Of a stretch of DNA of 32,829 nt, positions 15,972 through 25,661 are shown piece by piece (position 1 is the first letter of the stretch; the number at the start of each line of letters is the position of its first letter). The DNA comes from a virus. Position numbers and translations under genes: made by a program. Below the pieces are notes generated by a model, which was given only the letters and a program-made list of their open reading frames with translations, ran no database searches and had not been told where the DNA came from. Location: the IMG/VR virus record IMGVR_UViG_3300045988_113022; one strand, given 5' to 3'.

Positions 15972-16125
15972 TAAGTTTATCTATAGTCCGGCGGCGTAAG
16001 TAATTCGCCGTTGAGTGTGAGTGAACCTTACCAGGGGTGTGGGAGAAATCCTGCTAACGGGGGAAATCTAAGTGCAATAGCATACGACAATCCCGTGCCA
16101 AGTCCTAAGATATAAATAATTTTAC

Positions 16126-16154
16126 TTGTATAACAGGTGAAATTGTGTTATAAT
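16126..16154 (+). promoter_or_regulatory. Possible SigA-type promoter inside the intron, upstream of the HNH ORF
   Basis: TTGTAT-17-TATAAT with TGT-extended -10. It lies in the intron core, so the match could be coincidental. Confidence 0.35.
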
Positions 16155-16254
16155 ATCTAAGGAAAGGTGTAACGACTATCGGTTCGTCACCGAGTACATT
16201 ATCTATTGGTACGATAGTGGAAGTGCTCACTAACCTTTGACGGAGGAATTGACT

Positions 16255-16734
16255 ATGGAAATTTGGAAGCCTATTGAAGAATTGCCCGGTTATTCTGTTA
16301 GCAATAAGGGCAGAGTAAGAAAAGACAGCAACGGCCAAATAATGGTGCTTAATAAAAATGGTGGCTATTGCAGGATCACCATAACAAAGCACGTTCATAG
16401 ACTTGTTGCAAAAGCGTTTCTTGATGAACCTGAAAAAGAAGAAAAATGTTGGGTAGACCACATTGACGGAAACAGGTCAAACAACGATGTAAGCAATTTG
16501 CGATGGGTTACGCCATCCGAAAATTGTATGGCTTTTGGATATAAGAGCCGAATTGAAAACAAGAAACGAAAAGTAAAGGCTACAAATATCGATGGTCAAA
16601 CAATCATTTTTGAATCTCGACAAGCGGCGGCAAAATATTTTGGCTGTAGCGATACTCTTATTGATTACGGTCGTTTGTATAAAAGAGGAAACAAAAAGGG
16701 TTGGTCTTTTGAAAAGGTTAAAGATATAGTCTAA
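16255..16734 (+). CDS. HNH homing endonuclease with NUMOD4-like N-terminus
   Basis: MEIWKPIEELPGYSVSNKGRVR (NUMOD4 pattern). VDHIDGNRSNNDVSNLRWVTPSEN (HNH_3 pattern). RBS GGAGGAATTGACT precedes the ATG. Confidence 0.85.
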   Translation: MEIWKPIEELPGYSVSNKGRVRKDSNGQIMVLNKNGGYCRITITKHVHRLVAKAFLDEPEKEEKCWVDHIDGNRSNNDVSNLRWVTPSENCMAFGYKSRIENKKRKVKATNIDGQTIIFESRQAAAKYFGCSDTLIDYGRLYKRGNKKGWSFEKVKDIV

Positions 16735-16773
16735 TCCCCTTAAAAAATATCGGGAAACCGAGGGTATAAAATG

Positions 16774-18202
16774 GTTAGATAACCTAAAACTTGGCTACGG
16801 CGGTACTAAAGAGGAAATGGCTCGATTAATCGCTGACGCATCAAAAATGACCGATGTGCAGAAGGAGCTTGGCGTAACGGTTGACGAAACTGATATGTCG
16901 TTTGCAAACATTGTAAACGCAATTCACGTTGTGCAGGCGAACCTCGATATTATGGGTACGACATCGAAAGAAGCGTCAACGACAATACAAGGCTCGATAA
17001 GCAGTATGAAGTCAGCGTGGGAAAACTTGCTTGTAGGCATAGCAGATGATAAGCAGGACTTCGGAAAGCTTGTTGATAACTTTGTTGACAGCGTTGCAAC
17101 GGTCGGCAAAAACATAATGCCGAGATTAACGAAAATCCTTAAAGGTGTAGCAAAGTTAATAAAAGAAATTGTTCCCGAAATAGCAAAAAAACTGCCTGGA
17201 ATTGTCAACGATATACTCCCCGACCTTGCGAATGCGGCGGTTGATATTGTAAAGGGACTTGTTGACGCTTTGCTTGATAACGCAGAAACGTTGTTAGATA
17301 CTGGTATCAAAATCCTTGACACGATAATCAACGGCATAATCGAGTGCATACCGAAAATTAAAGACTTGATACCCACGATTATAAACGCCATTCTGCGCAT
17401 AATTGATGTTTTAACGGAACATCTTGATGAGTTTATAGAAGGCGGTATACAAATAGCACTTGCGTTGTTAGACGGTATCATAAAAGCCGTGCCAAAAATC
17501 CTTGAGAAGTTACCCGAAATTTGTCAAAAGATAATTGACGGTGTTTTACAGGGCTTATTTGGACTTGATGAAGGCGTATCAAATACATTCAGCACGGCTT
17601 TCGGGGGTGCTGTAGGCGGAGCAATTGAAATAATCAAGGGCATTTTATCATTCTTGAACGGCGATTTTAGCACAGGTCTTGAAAGTGCAGGAAAAGGTTT
17701 AAGTGATGTTGTCGGTGGTATTCTCGGCACAATAGACACTTTGTTTGGCACAAGTTTGTCACAGTGGTATGACGATACAAGGACGTTTTTTAATCAGTTC
17801 GGACAGGACTTATACAACGCAACGCACCAAATGGAACTTGCAAAGCTTGAGGAAAACGAACGCTTACAACAGCAGTCAAGCGGAGTAGGAATTACCGCGA
17901 ACGAGTATATGCGGCAGGGCTTGGCGGCGGCTGACGCTTTTGCAAAGGCTCTGAGTGATAAAGGTATAAACGAAGCAATATGGCAAGAAGCTGTTGAAAA
18001 GGGTATCGTCACTTATGATGTAAACGAAGCATATCAAACGTTAAAGGAAACAGGGCAGATAAAGACTGCAACAGCTGAGGGGACATCAAATCAGATAAAT
18101 ATATCGATGAAAATGAATAACGGCGTTGAGCTGGCAAGAGCGACCGCATATGACAATAGCAAAGCAAACCGTGTTGCAGGCAGGCAGATACCCGCGTACT
18201 AA
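16774..18202 (+). CDS. Tape measure protein, exon 2
   Basis: G16774 completes the ATG codon started by AT at the end of exon 1, and the frame continues LDNLKLGYGGTKEEMARLIADA.... The product is long, helical and Gly/Ile/Leu-rich. The track ATG at 16817 is internal. Confidence 0.8.
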
Positions 18203-18217
18203 GGAAAGGAGCAGTAA

Positions 18218-18583
18218 ATGAAATATTATTTGAAAATAAATAACACGGAGTTTGCAAACTGCTCCGCTCTTGAGGTGACTTGCGAAAGCAGAAGCGAAAG
18301 TGTTAAAACTACGCTGTCGGGGAAATATCTTATCGACCGTATCGGCGGCACGAAGCTGAACGTATCGGCTAAAGTGAATATGCTGTCGGAGAGCGAAATG
18401 GGCGTTCTCCGCTCGGCGTATCAGAGCATAAAGGCGAACGTGACGTTTTACTACGGTGCAAGTCTTGTGACAAAGTCAATGCGTATCAAAGCGTTTAACG
18501 AACCGTCACCTCTGCCATATTACGGCAATAGAGCAAACGGCTATGTATACGGCTCGATTGAACTGGAAATGGAGGAGATGTAA
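18218..18583 (+). CDS. Hypothetical tail protein (distal tail position, small)
   Basis: 121 aa directly after the tape measure gene. RBS AAAGGAG. Confidence 0.4.
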   Translation: MKYYLKINNTEFANCSALEVTCESRSESVKTTLSGKYLIDRIGGTKLNVSAKVNMLSESEMGVLRSAYQSIKANVTFYYGASLVTKSMRIKAFNEPSPLPYYGNRANGYVYGSIELEMEEM

Positions 18584-18584
18584 A

Positions 18585-21506
18585 ATGCGTGATTTATCGG
18601 CGGCATACAAAACGTCTGCAAGTGGTGACGCGAGAAATTACACGATACTTTTACACGTTTTGAAAAAAACAGTTGATGATAGCGGCAATGTATCTTTTCC
18701 CGAAAATACAAAAGTGATTTACAGTTCGGGAGATAGCCTTATTTCGATGTCTATCGTTGACGGTCAGACTTCGGGTAATTCGTTTCAGCTCGGACAGACT
18801 TTTTGCCCGATAATTTCTTTCACAACCGTACCAAATTTGAATATCAAGACAGGCGATAAAGTACAAGTCGAGTTAGTCTTCACATCGTCTGTAAGAGCAA
18901 TACTGGCGACAGGATATATTGACGAGTACAGTTATGACAGTATCGATTATGCGGTGTCTTACACGGCATATGGCAAGATGTTACAGCTTGACAAAGACTA
19001 CAATTCTGCGTTGACATATCCTGCGACATTTTCAGCTGTAGTCGGGGAAATCTGCTCACAAAACGGCTTGGCTTTTGACGCGTTTACTTGGAAGTGCAAC
19101 GCAAAACTGAAATCAAAGCCTATTTTCGGAAACCTTGGCAACGGCGACCCTGCGTATGCTTCCGCTCGTGAGATGCTCGGTATAATCGCAGGCGTAAATG
19201 GCTGTAATGTCATTATAACCGCAGACGAAAAGGTAAAATTTGTTCCGTACACAGACACAAAAACAGGCATAACGTATGAGAACGCTTTTTCTCGACAGGT
19301 CAACAATGAAAAATACATTATCAAAAAAGCGGTGCTGAATGACGGCGGACAGACAACAGGCGATGAAGCAGGATATGTAGAATTGTACTTCCCGCTTGAA
19401 ACGGTTGAGGGTAAGGCGAGTTGCCTTGAAAAGTTGAACAGCGTTATAACTGGATTGTCGGTTATGGGAATGACCGTGCAAATGCAAGGAAAAGGATATT
19501 ACGAAATCGGCGATATGCTGTCTTATACCGATTTTGACGGTGAAAAATATACGATTGGCGTAATGGGCATAAAGTACGACTTTAGCGGTGGGTATTTTAC
19601 CGAAACGCTTTACTCCCTCGCACCGTCCGAGATGGAAGAACAGCACAAAGGAAACGTAAGATATTCTTCGGCGAGTACAACACTGAAAAATCCCGTTGTT
19701 ATCTCCGAGAATACAAGCTCGTACCTCGGTTATCAGTATCACACGATAGGTTATCGCAAGGGCGATAAAATAACGTATGGATTAGACGGCGGCAATCCTG
19801 ACATTATCGTGCAGGGATACAAAGCGACATATGCCGTTACTGGAATAGGCGCACTATGTGGCGATTTTAACGTTGTTAACGGAATTTACGGTGTCCAAAT
19901 GAATTATGCTACCCCGTTCACAAAATTAAGTTTTTATTTAGAAATAACACGAGTTATCCAGCATACAGAATACACAGAGTATTGGATAGATCTAATATCT
20001 GAGTACACGACAAAAGATGGCGAGACGGTGAAAAAAGTCGAATCGAGCAAAAAAGCAAGGCACGGTAATTTTTCGCCAGCGTTAAAGTGGCGGGAAATTA
20101 TCCCTCCGTCTAACGCTTATCCTAATGGTTACGCAGTAATATACTATGGATTAAATTTCCACGACAACAGGTCGAGCAATCCAGATGAATATAGTTTTTC
20201 AACGGCAAACAACGCAGGAGTTTCTTTTTCGTCAATAGCGGAATATAACGCCGCTGTACAGCTTTCGGGCGAATCACTGACAATGTATGACATAACGCAA
20301 GATGTTATGAAAATAGGCGAAGCAGACGAGCCTACAGACCTACCGACTATAGGCGATGTTGACACGCTTTACATCACCTATCAGCCTCCTGCGTGTTGGA
20401 AGTATAGCACGATAACAAGCAAGTACTACTGTGTGGGAAGAAACTACCGTGAGTTACAGCGTATCAAGTCAAGCACGGAAGCAAGCAATGCGCTTGAAGT
20501 GCTTAATGTCCCTGTGATTTTTGATTGCCGAACCAAAACCGAGTGGGAGTTGGAAGCAAACACGGTCTACCCGAAAGGCTTTATGATTTTTGAGCAAAAT
20601 CCCGAAAGCCGAGAAATCACGCACTTAAAAATTGCCAACGGCATTGACAAATTAAGCAATTTGAAGTATACTAATGTTACGGAAAGCGACTTGTCGAAAT
20701 GCTTGACAACAGAAAATGTAACCGTTAAAAAGTCAGAGACTACAGCAGGCGAAGCCGTAAACAGTCAGACGGTGCAAAATACGATAACGACAAGCGTTAG
20801 CGGAGCGGAAAGCCCTGCTACATCTGCAACATTTGATACCGTGACATACGGAGAAGCAAGCACAGAAAAATCGGGATTGCTGTCTTTCGCCGACAAAACC
20901 AAAATTGACAGCTTTACAAGCCCGACCGATATTGCAGGGCAAACGGTGGATTTGAACACGCTGACCGCAAACACAACGGCTGATAAGGGCAAAAGCAAAA
21001 AATATTATTGTGCGTCTGCGAATGCAAGCGGAATTGCGCATCGCCCTGTATCCGTCAATGAAGCGTTTGAACTGACAGTAACGAACATCCTGTTTACAGA
21101 CGAAAGTACCTACAGGACGATGCAGAGATATGTGTCAGCGGAAAGAGAACGAGCGTATGTCAGATGGTGCGAAAACGGAACGTGGAAAGCGTGGGCTTGC
21201 GAAACCGACAGACTGATTTACGCAACGGCAACAGTTGCAACGCCGAAAACGCTTGAAGCAAGCAATCTTGAGGGTTATCAGTATGCGTGGATAGAAGCAT
21301 ACTATGATAACATATCCGCTCCGCTGACGAATAAGAAGTTTTTCCGAATTTCGTCAACCACGAACGTTGCCGAGTGTAATTTGCTGAAATATCCGAACGG
21401 CACGATAGCAAAAATGGCGATTACAAACGGCAAGATTATTTTGTCGGTTACGGGCGTTGAAGACTACACAGTGCCGTTTAGGATTACCTATACTAATAAC
21501 GCTTGA
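18585..21506 (+). CDS. Large tail protein (tail-associated / receptor-binding candidate)
   Basis: 973 aa counted from ATG 18585, which follows GGAGGAG. It lies after the tape measure and distal-tail genes and before the lysis genes. Confidence 0.6.
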   Translation: MRDLSAAYKTSASGDARNYTILLHVLKKTVDDSGNVSFPENTKVIYSSGDSLISMSIVDGQTSGNSFQLGQTFCPIISFTTVPNLNIKTGDKVQVELVFTSSVRAILATGYIDEYSYDSIDYAVSYTAYGKMLQLDKDYNSALTYPATFSAVVGEICSQNGLAFDAFTWKCNAKLKSKPIFGNLGNGDPAYASAREMLGIIAGVNGCNVIITADEKVKFVPYTDTKTGITYENAFSRQVNNEKYIIKKAVLNDGGQTTGDEAGYVELYFPLETVEGKASCLEKLNSVITGLSVMGMTVQMQGKGYYEIGDMLSYTDFDGEKYTIGVMGIKYDFSGGYFTETLYSLAPSEMEEQHKGNVRYSSASTTLKNPVVISENTSSYLGYQYHTIGYRKGDKITYGLDGGNPDIIVQGYKATYAVTGIGALCGDFNVVNGIYGVQMNYATPFTKLSFYLEITRVIQHTEYTEYWIDLISEYTTKDGETVKKVESSKKARHGNFSPALKWREIIPPSNAYPNGYAVIYYGLNFHDNRSSNPDEYSFSTANNAGVSFSSIAEYNAAVQLSGESLTMYDITQDVMKIGEADEPTDLPTIGDVDTLYITYQPPACWKYSTITSKYYCVGRNYRELQRIKSSTEASNALEVLNVPVIFDCRTKTEWELEANTVYPKGFMIFEQNPESREITHLKIANGIDKLSNLKYTNVTESDLSKCLTTENVTVKKSETTAGEAVNSQTVQNTITTSVSGAESPATSATFDTVTYGEASTEKSGLLSFADKTKIDSFTSPTDIAGQTVDLNTLTANTTADKGKSKKYYCASANASGIAHRPVSVNEAFELTVTNILFTDESTYRTMQRYVSAERERAYVRWCENGTWKAWACETDRLIYATATVATPKTLEASNLEGYQYAWIEAYYDNISAPLTNKKFFRISSTTNVAECNLLKYPNGTIAKMAITNGKIILSVTGVEDYTVPFRITYTNNA

Positions 21507-21522
21507 TGAAGGGAGAGCATAA

Positions 21523-21663
21523 ATGATAGTCTACGAAGACGGAACTTTTGTTTTTGGAAGTACGGAAGAAGACGTACCAGAAAACGCAAGAGTTATCCCC
21601 GATGACAGCGAGGAAGCACTTGCGTTACTGGCAGGGCAGGGAGAGAGCGTGAATGGAAAGTAA
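21523..21663 (+). CDS. Small acidic hypothetical protein (46 aa)
   Basis: ATG after GAAGGGAGAG. Overlaps the next gene start. Under 60 aa, so absent from the track. Confidence 0.3.
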   Translation: MIVYEDGTFVFGSTEEDVPENARVIPDDSEEALALLAGQGESVNGK

Positions 21664-21886
21664 CATAATCGTTGCGGGCATTTCGCTGATAGGAACGCTT
21701 GTAGGTTCGGCAAGCGGTATTCTTGTCAGCGGTAAACTGACAAATTTTAGGATAAAACAATTGGAAGAAAAAGTCGCCCGACATAACAATTTTGCCGAGC
21801 GATTACCAGTTGTTGAAGAGCATATCAAGGGTATGGATAAGAGGATTTCGGAGCTTGAAAGTGAGGTGAAAAAGCGTGAAGATTGA
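21653..21886 (+). CDS. Membrane-anchored coiled-coil protein of the lysis cassette
   Basis: N-terminal TM segment IIVAGISLIGTLVGSASGILV followed by a charged helix. Adjacent to the holin gene. Confidence 0.45.
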   Translation: MESNIIVAGISLIGTLVGSASGILVSGKLTNFRIKQLEEKVARHNNFAERLPVVEEHIKGMDKRISELESEVKKRED

Positions 21887-22088
21887 TTGGAAGAGAAAAC
21901 TTACAAGCAGAAAGCTGTGGCTTGCGATTGCAGGATTTGTGACTGGACTTATAGTCGCTTTCGGTGGCAGTGAAAACACAGCGAACACGGTTAGTGGATG
22001 CATTATGAGCGGCGCGGCAGTGATTGCCTATGTGATAGGCGAAGGACTTGCAGACAGTTCAAGCGGTAGCAAGGGAGGAAAAGAATAA
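21876..22088 (+). CDS. Holin (two predicted TM segments)
   Basis: KIDWKRKLTSRKLWLAIAGFVTGLIVAF...IMSGAAVIAYVIGEGLAD resembles small Firmicutes phage holins. It lies directly upstream of the endolysin gene. Confidence 0.6.
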   Translation: MKIDWKRKLTSRKLWLAIAGFVTGLIVAFGGSENTANTVSGCIMSGAAVIAYVIGEGLADSSSGSKGGKE

Positions 22089-22960
22089 TGACAGGCAGAA
22101 TGAATTTTAAGCGTCACGTTCTCGAAACGAACGCGGAGTATTGCACGGCTGACTATGGCACACGCCAGCCCGATTACCCGTCACATCACGGAATGGACTT
22201 CGTGAATGACCTTGGCGGCGTGTGCCACGCAGTAGCAGTAGCAGACGGCGAAGTAGTATATGTGCAGAATGGCATTGAAGGCTTTGATAGCGTGACTTAC
22301 ACGGCAGGAAACTATGTCAAGATACTGCACGAGAACGGCACGATAAGCCGTTATCTGCACTTAAGAAACGGCTCTATTTGCGTTAGGATAGGTGATAAAG
22401 TCAAGGCAGGTGACAAGCTCGGCATCGAGGGTAACACAGGGTACTCATACGGAACGCACCTACACTTTGACGTGCAGGTCTGCGGTGAGTATGTAGACCC
22501 TCTGCCGTATCTGACGGGCGAGAAGGGTTTCGGCAATGAAAAACCCTCCTCCGACAAGTCGGAAATCAAAATCGGCGACAGGGTGAAGATGAAGCAGGGT
22601 GCAACGTTTTCTGACGGCACAAAACCGTTTGACTACGTTTATGAGCAGATTTTTGAAGTCTACAACATATCCCGTGACGGCAAAGAAGCCTTGATAGGCT
22701 TATCGGGCGATTACACAGGGTGGGTATATCTCGCAGACCTTGAAAAAGTGTCAGGCTCTACCACGCAGAAGAAAAGTATCAAGGTAGGTGATACGGTAAA
22801 AGTCAAGTCGGGAGCAAAAACATATAACGGCGGTTCTTTAGCGGTATTTGTCTATACGCAGAAGTACAAGGTTATGGAGCTAAAGGGCAACAGGGCGGTC
22901 ATCGGTCAGCACGGACAGGTAACAGCGGCGGTTAATAAAGCTGACCTTACGGCTGTGTAA
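22088..22960 (+). CDS. Endolysin: M23 peptidase plus two SH3-like wall-binding repeats
   Basis: HHGMD (HxxxD) and GTHLHFDV (HxH) motifs. Two C-terminal repeats begin IKIGDRVKMKQGA... and IKVGDTVKVKSGA.... Confidence 0.85.
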   Translation: MTGRMNFKRHVLETNAEYCTADYGTRQPDYPSHHGMDFVNDLGGVCHAVAVADGEVVYVQNGIEGFDSVTYTAGNYVKILHENGTISRYLHLRNGSICVRIGDKVKAGDKLGIEGNTGYSYGTHLHFDVQVCGEYVDPLPYLTGEKGFGNEKPSSDKSEIKIGDRVKMKQGATFSDGTKPFDYVYEQIFEVYNISRDGKEALIGLSGDYTGWVYLADLEKVSGSTTQKKSIKVGDTVKVKSGAKTYNGGSLAVFVYTQKYKVMELKGNRAVIGQHGQVTAAVNKADLTAV

Positions 22961-22989
22961 CGTGCGTATTCAACGCAGAAAGGCTCAAA

Positions 22990-23241
22990 ATGGACGATAA
23001 GACACAGATACCCTATATAGTGTACGAAGCAGAAATGACACGCTCAGAGCGCAATTTTAAGCGTCTTTGGGTGGTTGTAATTATCCTTATATCGTTATTG
23101 GTTACAACAAATCTATGTTGGCTTGCGTATGAAAGTCAGTTTGAAACGGTTGAGCAGACAACTGAGATAAGTGCGGAGCAGGACGGTAACGGTGTAAATA
23201 TAGTCGGTGCAGGAGATGTTGATTATGGCACAGAAAGTTAG
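22990..23241 (+). CDS. Single-pass membrane protein (lysis-associated?)
   Basis: TM segment LWVVVIILISLLVTTNLCWLA. Lies after the endolysin gene. Confidence 0.45.
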   Translation: MDDKTQIPYIVYEAEMTRSERNFKRLWVVVIILISLLVTTNLCWLAYESQFETVEQTTEISAEQDGNGVNIVGAGDVDYGTES

Positions 23242-23344
23242 CATCAAGAGAACCGTAAAAACACGAGTACGCAAAGCAAGCCCGTCCGCTCAGTATAAAA
23301 AATGCCCACGATGCAATGGGCTGGGAAAAATCAAAAAGGGGTAG
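23225..23344 (+). CDS. Small basic CxxC protein (39 aa)
   Basis: MAQKVSIKRTVKTRVRKASPSAQYKKCPRCNGLGKIKKG. Fills the gap between neighbouring genes. No strong RBS. Confidence 0.3.
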   Translation: MAQKVSIKRTVKTRVRKASPSAQYKKCPRCNGLGKIKKG

Positions 23345-23347
23345 CCG

Positions 23348-23557
23348 ATGAAAGCAGAAGATTTCGGCAAGAGCCGTTCCGAGTGGGAAGCCCTGATTGA
23401 CGAGTGGGTATTTTCCGAGCGTGACAGACGTATCTTGAAGCTCCGCTTGCTTGACGGTCTGACTTATGAACGGCTTGCAGAAGCGGTTGATATGTCGGTA
23501 AGGCAAGTCAAAACTATCGTGTATCGTTGCGAAAAATTGCTGATAAAGCATATATGA
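23348..23557 (+). CDS. Sigma-70 region-4-like HTH protein (69 aa)
   Basis: RILKLRLLDGLTYERLAEAVDMSVRQVKTIVYRCEKLL matches the region 4 helix-turn-helix pattern. It is the last gene before a strong terminator. Confidence 0.55.
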   Translation: MKAEDFGKSRSEWEALIDEWVFSERDRRILKLRLLDGLTYERLAEAVDMSVRQVKTIVYRCEKLLIKHI

Positions 23558-23564
23558 ACAAAAG

Positions 23565-23592
23565 GCAGGGCTTCGGCTCTGCTTTTCGTTTT
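23565..23592 (+). terminator. Rho-independent terminator (UUCG tetraloop)
   Basis: Stem GCAGGGC/GCTCTGC, loop TTCG, then TTTTCGTTTT. Marks the end of the late operon. Confidence 0.65.
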
Positions 23593-23637
23593 GCAAAAAA
23601 AAAAATTAAAAAATATAAAAAAAGTGTTAAAAAAGTA

Positions 23638-23666
23638 TTGACAAATAGCCGTTTATCTGTTATAAT
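23638..23666 (+). promoter_or_regulatory. SigA-type promoter (TTGACA-17-TATAAT, TG-extended), likely the early promoter
   Basis: TTGACA 23638-23643, 17-nt spacer ending in TGT, TATAAT 23661-23666. Preceded by an A-rich UP-like tract. Confidence 0.6.
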
Positions 23667-23738
23667 ATATTACAGAGAGGGAAAGATAAATCCCTTAAAG
23701 AAAAAGACTATAAGCCCTAAAGGGCAGGAGGTAAAGAT

Positions 23739-24032
23739 ATGAAACAGTATTTAATAGCAACATCATTCACGATGAGCAACGTGCCACTTGAGTATGAGTA
23801 CACAGTCGAAAAGTGTGATATGCGTACTTGCCAAAGTAAGAATCACGAAAAGTATGTGTGGAGCGCAAGCCTTGAAAAGCTGTTTAAACTGGCTGACACG
23901 CTTGATGTAAAAATCAAGATAGGCAGAAGCGGAGAAATCCGTCTGATAATGCTTAACGGTGCAATGGCAAGATTGTTCTTGAAGCACATAAGGGAAAACG
24001 GTTGGAAAGGAGTAGAACAAAATGAACGCTGA
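23739..24032 (+). CDS. Hypothetical early protein (97 aa)
   Basis: Strong RBS GGAGGT. No motif recognised. Confidence 0.5.
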   Translation: MKQYLIATSFTMSNVPLEYEYTVEKCDMRTCQSKNHEKYVWSASLEKLFKLADTLDVKIKIGRSGEIRLIMLNGAMARLFLKHIRENGWKGVEQNER

Positions 24033-24249
24033 ACAGGTACTGGAAGAAATTAAGGAACTCGTTGCTTCTTTTGAAGAAGAAAAAGAGAAAGCCGAGAGTG
24101 AAATTGAAAAGGTTAACGCACAAATCGCCGTTAGGAAAGGTCAGAAGCTAAACGACTTATACTGCACTTCATACTGGGTTACGAGCAGAAAAGCTACACT
24201 TGAAACAGTGGTTTTACTGCTGAAGTTAAAGCTAGACAGCCTGAAATAA
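24022..24249 (+). CDS. Hypothetical coiled-coil protein (75 aa)
   Basis: RBS AAAGGAG. Glu/Lys-rich helix. Confidence 0.45.
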   Translation: MNAEQVLEEIKELVASFEEEKEKAESEIEKVNAQIAVRKGQKLNDLYCTSYWVTSRKATLETVVLLLKLKLDSLK

Positions 24250-24299
24250 AAAAAGCAAACACCGAGCGGAGCGGTTAATCTCCGCAGAAGGAGGAAAAT

Positions 24300-24509
24300 A
24301 TGATTATTAAAGCAGGAACAAAATTAACGGTAAAGCACAGCAGAAAGGGAACATTTGAGGGCATAGCGGAAAAAGACTTTGACACGGAAACGACAGAGTT
24401 TTATCCGATTATTACGCTCGAATATGTTTGCGGAATGGTTAATAAATGGTTTGAAGGCGAACGTATTTCTTGCAGAAAAAGCTTGTGCGCAATAGCGCCG
24501 CATGAGTAA
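24300..24509 (+). CDS. Hypothetical protein (69 aa)
   Basis: RBS GAAGGAGG. Confidence 0.5.
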   Translation: MIIKAGTKLTVKHSRKGTFEGIAEKDFDTETTEFYPIITLEYVCGMVNKWFEGERISCRKSLCAIAPHE

Positions 24510-24560
24510 AGAAAAGTACAAATACGAGGTATAATCCCTACAGAAAGAGAGGTTGTAGAA

Positions 24561-24848
24561 ATGTGGAAAATACACGTTGAGATTGTCAAAGCAGGCACAG
24601 GAACAAACGCAGAAAAGGTGTTTGAGGAACTGCGTAAAAGCGGTCTGAGAAAAGGAAGATACGGTGTGCTTGCAGTTTGCGAAACGGAAGAAGACGCGCA
24701 AGCACTGGTAAGGCTTAATCCTTCGTTTTTGAATCCCTCACTTTTGAGTGGTGAAAAGAGCTTTATCGTGTATGCGCAAAAGTATGAAGGCACATCTCCG
24801 ATGGACGAGTTTATCGTTTCGCAAGCGTTTGAGAAAGAGAGGTCGTAA
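24561..24848 (+). CDS. Hypothetical protein (95 aa)
   Basis: RBS AGAGAGG. Confidence 0.45.
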   Translation: MWKIHVEIVKAGTGTNAEKVFEELRKSGLRKGRYGVLAVCETEEDAQALVRLNPSFLNPSLLSGEKSFIVYAQKYEGTSPMDEFIVSQAFEKERS

Positions 24849-24850
24849 CG

Positions 24851-25102
24851 ATGAAAGCGAGAACGGTTATTCTTTTCGTGATAGCGAAGGTGATGGCTTT
24901 TGCGATTACAGCAAGTGCGGCGGTGATGTCATATCTGCCGTTGGCGTGTTTAGCGTATGAGCAACGAGGATATTTTGCGATAGGCGGCGAAATTCTCGGG
25001 GCGTTGATTATCACCGCCGTTGTCGGTTGGGCGGCGAACATCGTGATGAAAGACTGGTTTCGGGGTATGCTGAAACTGGTCGGAAAGGAGAAGAAAATAT
25101 GA
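24851..25102 (+). CDS. Small membrane protein (two TM segments)
   Basis: Hydrophobic stretches VILFVIAKVMAFAITASAAVM and ILGALIITAVVGWAANIV. Confidence 0.45.
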   Translation: MKARTVILFVIAKVMAFAITASAAVMSYLPLACLAYEQRGYFAIGGEILGALIITAVVGWAANIVMKDWFRGMLKLVGKEKKI

Positions 25103-25470
25103 GAGAGATTTTGTTCAGAGCAAAATCAATGTTTAACGACAAAGTCTGGGTATATGGCAACTTTGTCAAAACAAATTATGACGGTTTACAGAACGTCATA
25201 TACGATGAGGACGGCTGGGCGTATGAAGTTATCCCCGAAACCGTAGGGCAGTACATAGGACTTCTTGACAAGAACGGTACGAAGATTTTCGAAGGGGATA
25301 TTGTTCGTGATGCCGAAACGTCAGATGTCGGGAAAATTTTTTTTGATAAATATGCGGCAATGTTTGTCATAGGCTTTGAAAATACGATAGCTGATTTTAA
25401 TGCCAGCTATAGCCTTGAAGTCATCGGCAACATTTACGATAATCCTGAATTGATAAGAAACGAGGTGTAA
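25099..25470 (+). CDS. YopX-family protein
   Basis: ILFRAK...TVGQYIGLLDKNGTKIFEGDIV...EVIGNIYDNPEL is the YopX signature. ATG 25099 overlaps the upstream stop (ATATGA). Confidence 0.8.
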   Translation: MREILFRAKSMFNDKVWVYGNFVKTNYDGLQNVIYDEDGWAYEVIPETVGQYIGLLDKNGTKIFEGDIVRDAETSDVGKIFFDKYAAMFVIGFENTIADFNASYSLEVIGNIYDNPELIRNEV

Positions 25471-25472
25471 AA

Positions 25473-25661
25473 ATGGATTTATTTCTCAAAATCGTGTACA
25501 GTCTGATAATGAATTTTGTTTGCTTTTTTGCGGGTTATCTCGCTTGCAGACAAGAAGAACAGCGGAAGCGCAACGAAACAAGTCGCAAGCTGATATTGCA
25601 AATAGCGGACGAACTGAAAAAACTTGAAAAGGAGAAAGCGGACGATGAACGCAAGGGATAA
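25473..25661 (+). CDS. Small membrane protein (62 aa)
   Basis: N-terminal TM segment followed by a charged tail. Confidence 0.4.
   Translation: MDLFLKIVYSLIMNFVCFFAGYLACRQEEQRKRNETSRKLILQIADELKKLEKEKADDERKG

Larger units (their letters stand above)
15972..16773 (+). mobile_element. Group I intron (802 nt) carrying an HNH homing endonuclease ORF
   Basis: The upstream exon ends in U (15971) and the intron ends in G (16773). Splicing restores ...QNYT-M-LDNLKLGYGGTKEEM. R-like block AACGACTA (16171-16178) and S-like block AAGATATAGTC (16721-16731) can form P7 (GACTA/TAGTC). CCAAGTCCTAAG at 16098-16109. Confidence 0.8.

Noticed and set aside
15972-15999. Apparent C-terminus of the first tape measure ORF (IKFIYSPAA-stop)
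   Set aside because: This is read-through into the group I intron. Splicing at 15971/16774 restores a conserved tape measure motif.
18543-18584. Upstream extensions of track ORFs (also 6693-6746, 11067-11126, 11690-11713, 12815-12832, 13210-13254, 25027-25098, 25624-25644, 26320-26418, 27987-28022)
   Set aside because: In each case an internal ATG or GTG with a good Shine-Dalgarno sequence and minimal overlap with the upstream gene is the more plausible start.
23527-23742. 71-aa Lys-rich ORF
   Set aside because: It spans a terminator hairpin, a poly-A tract and a consensus promoter. The Lys-rich translation reflects A-rich intergenic DNA.
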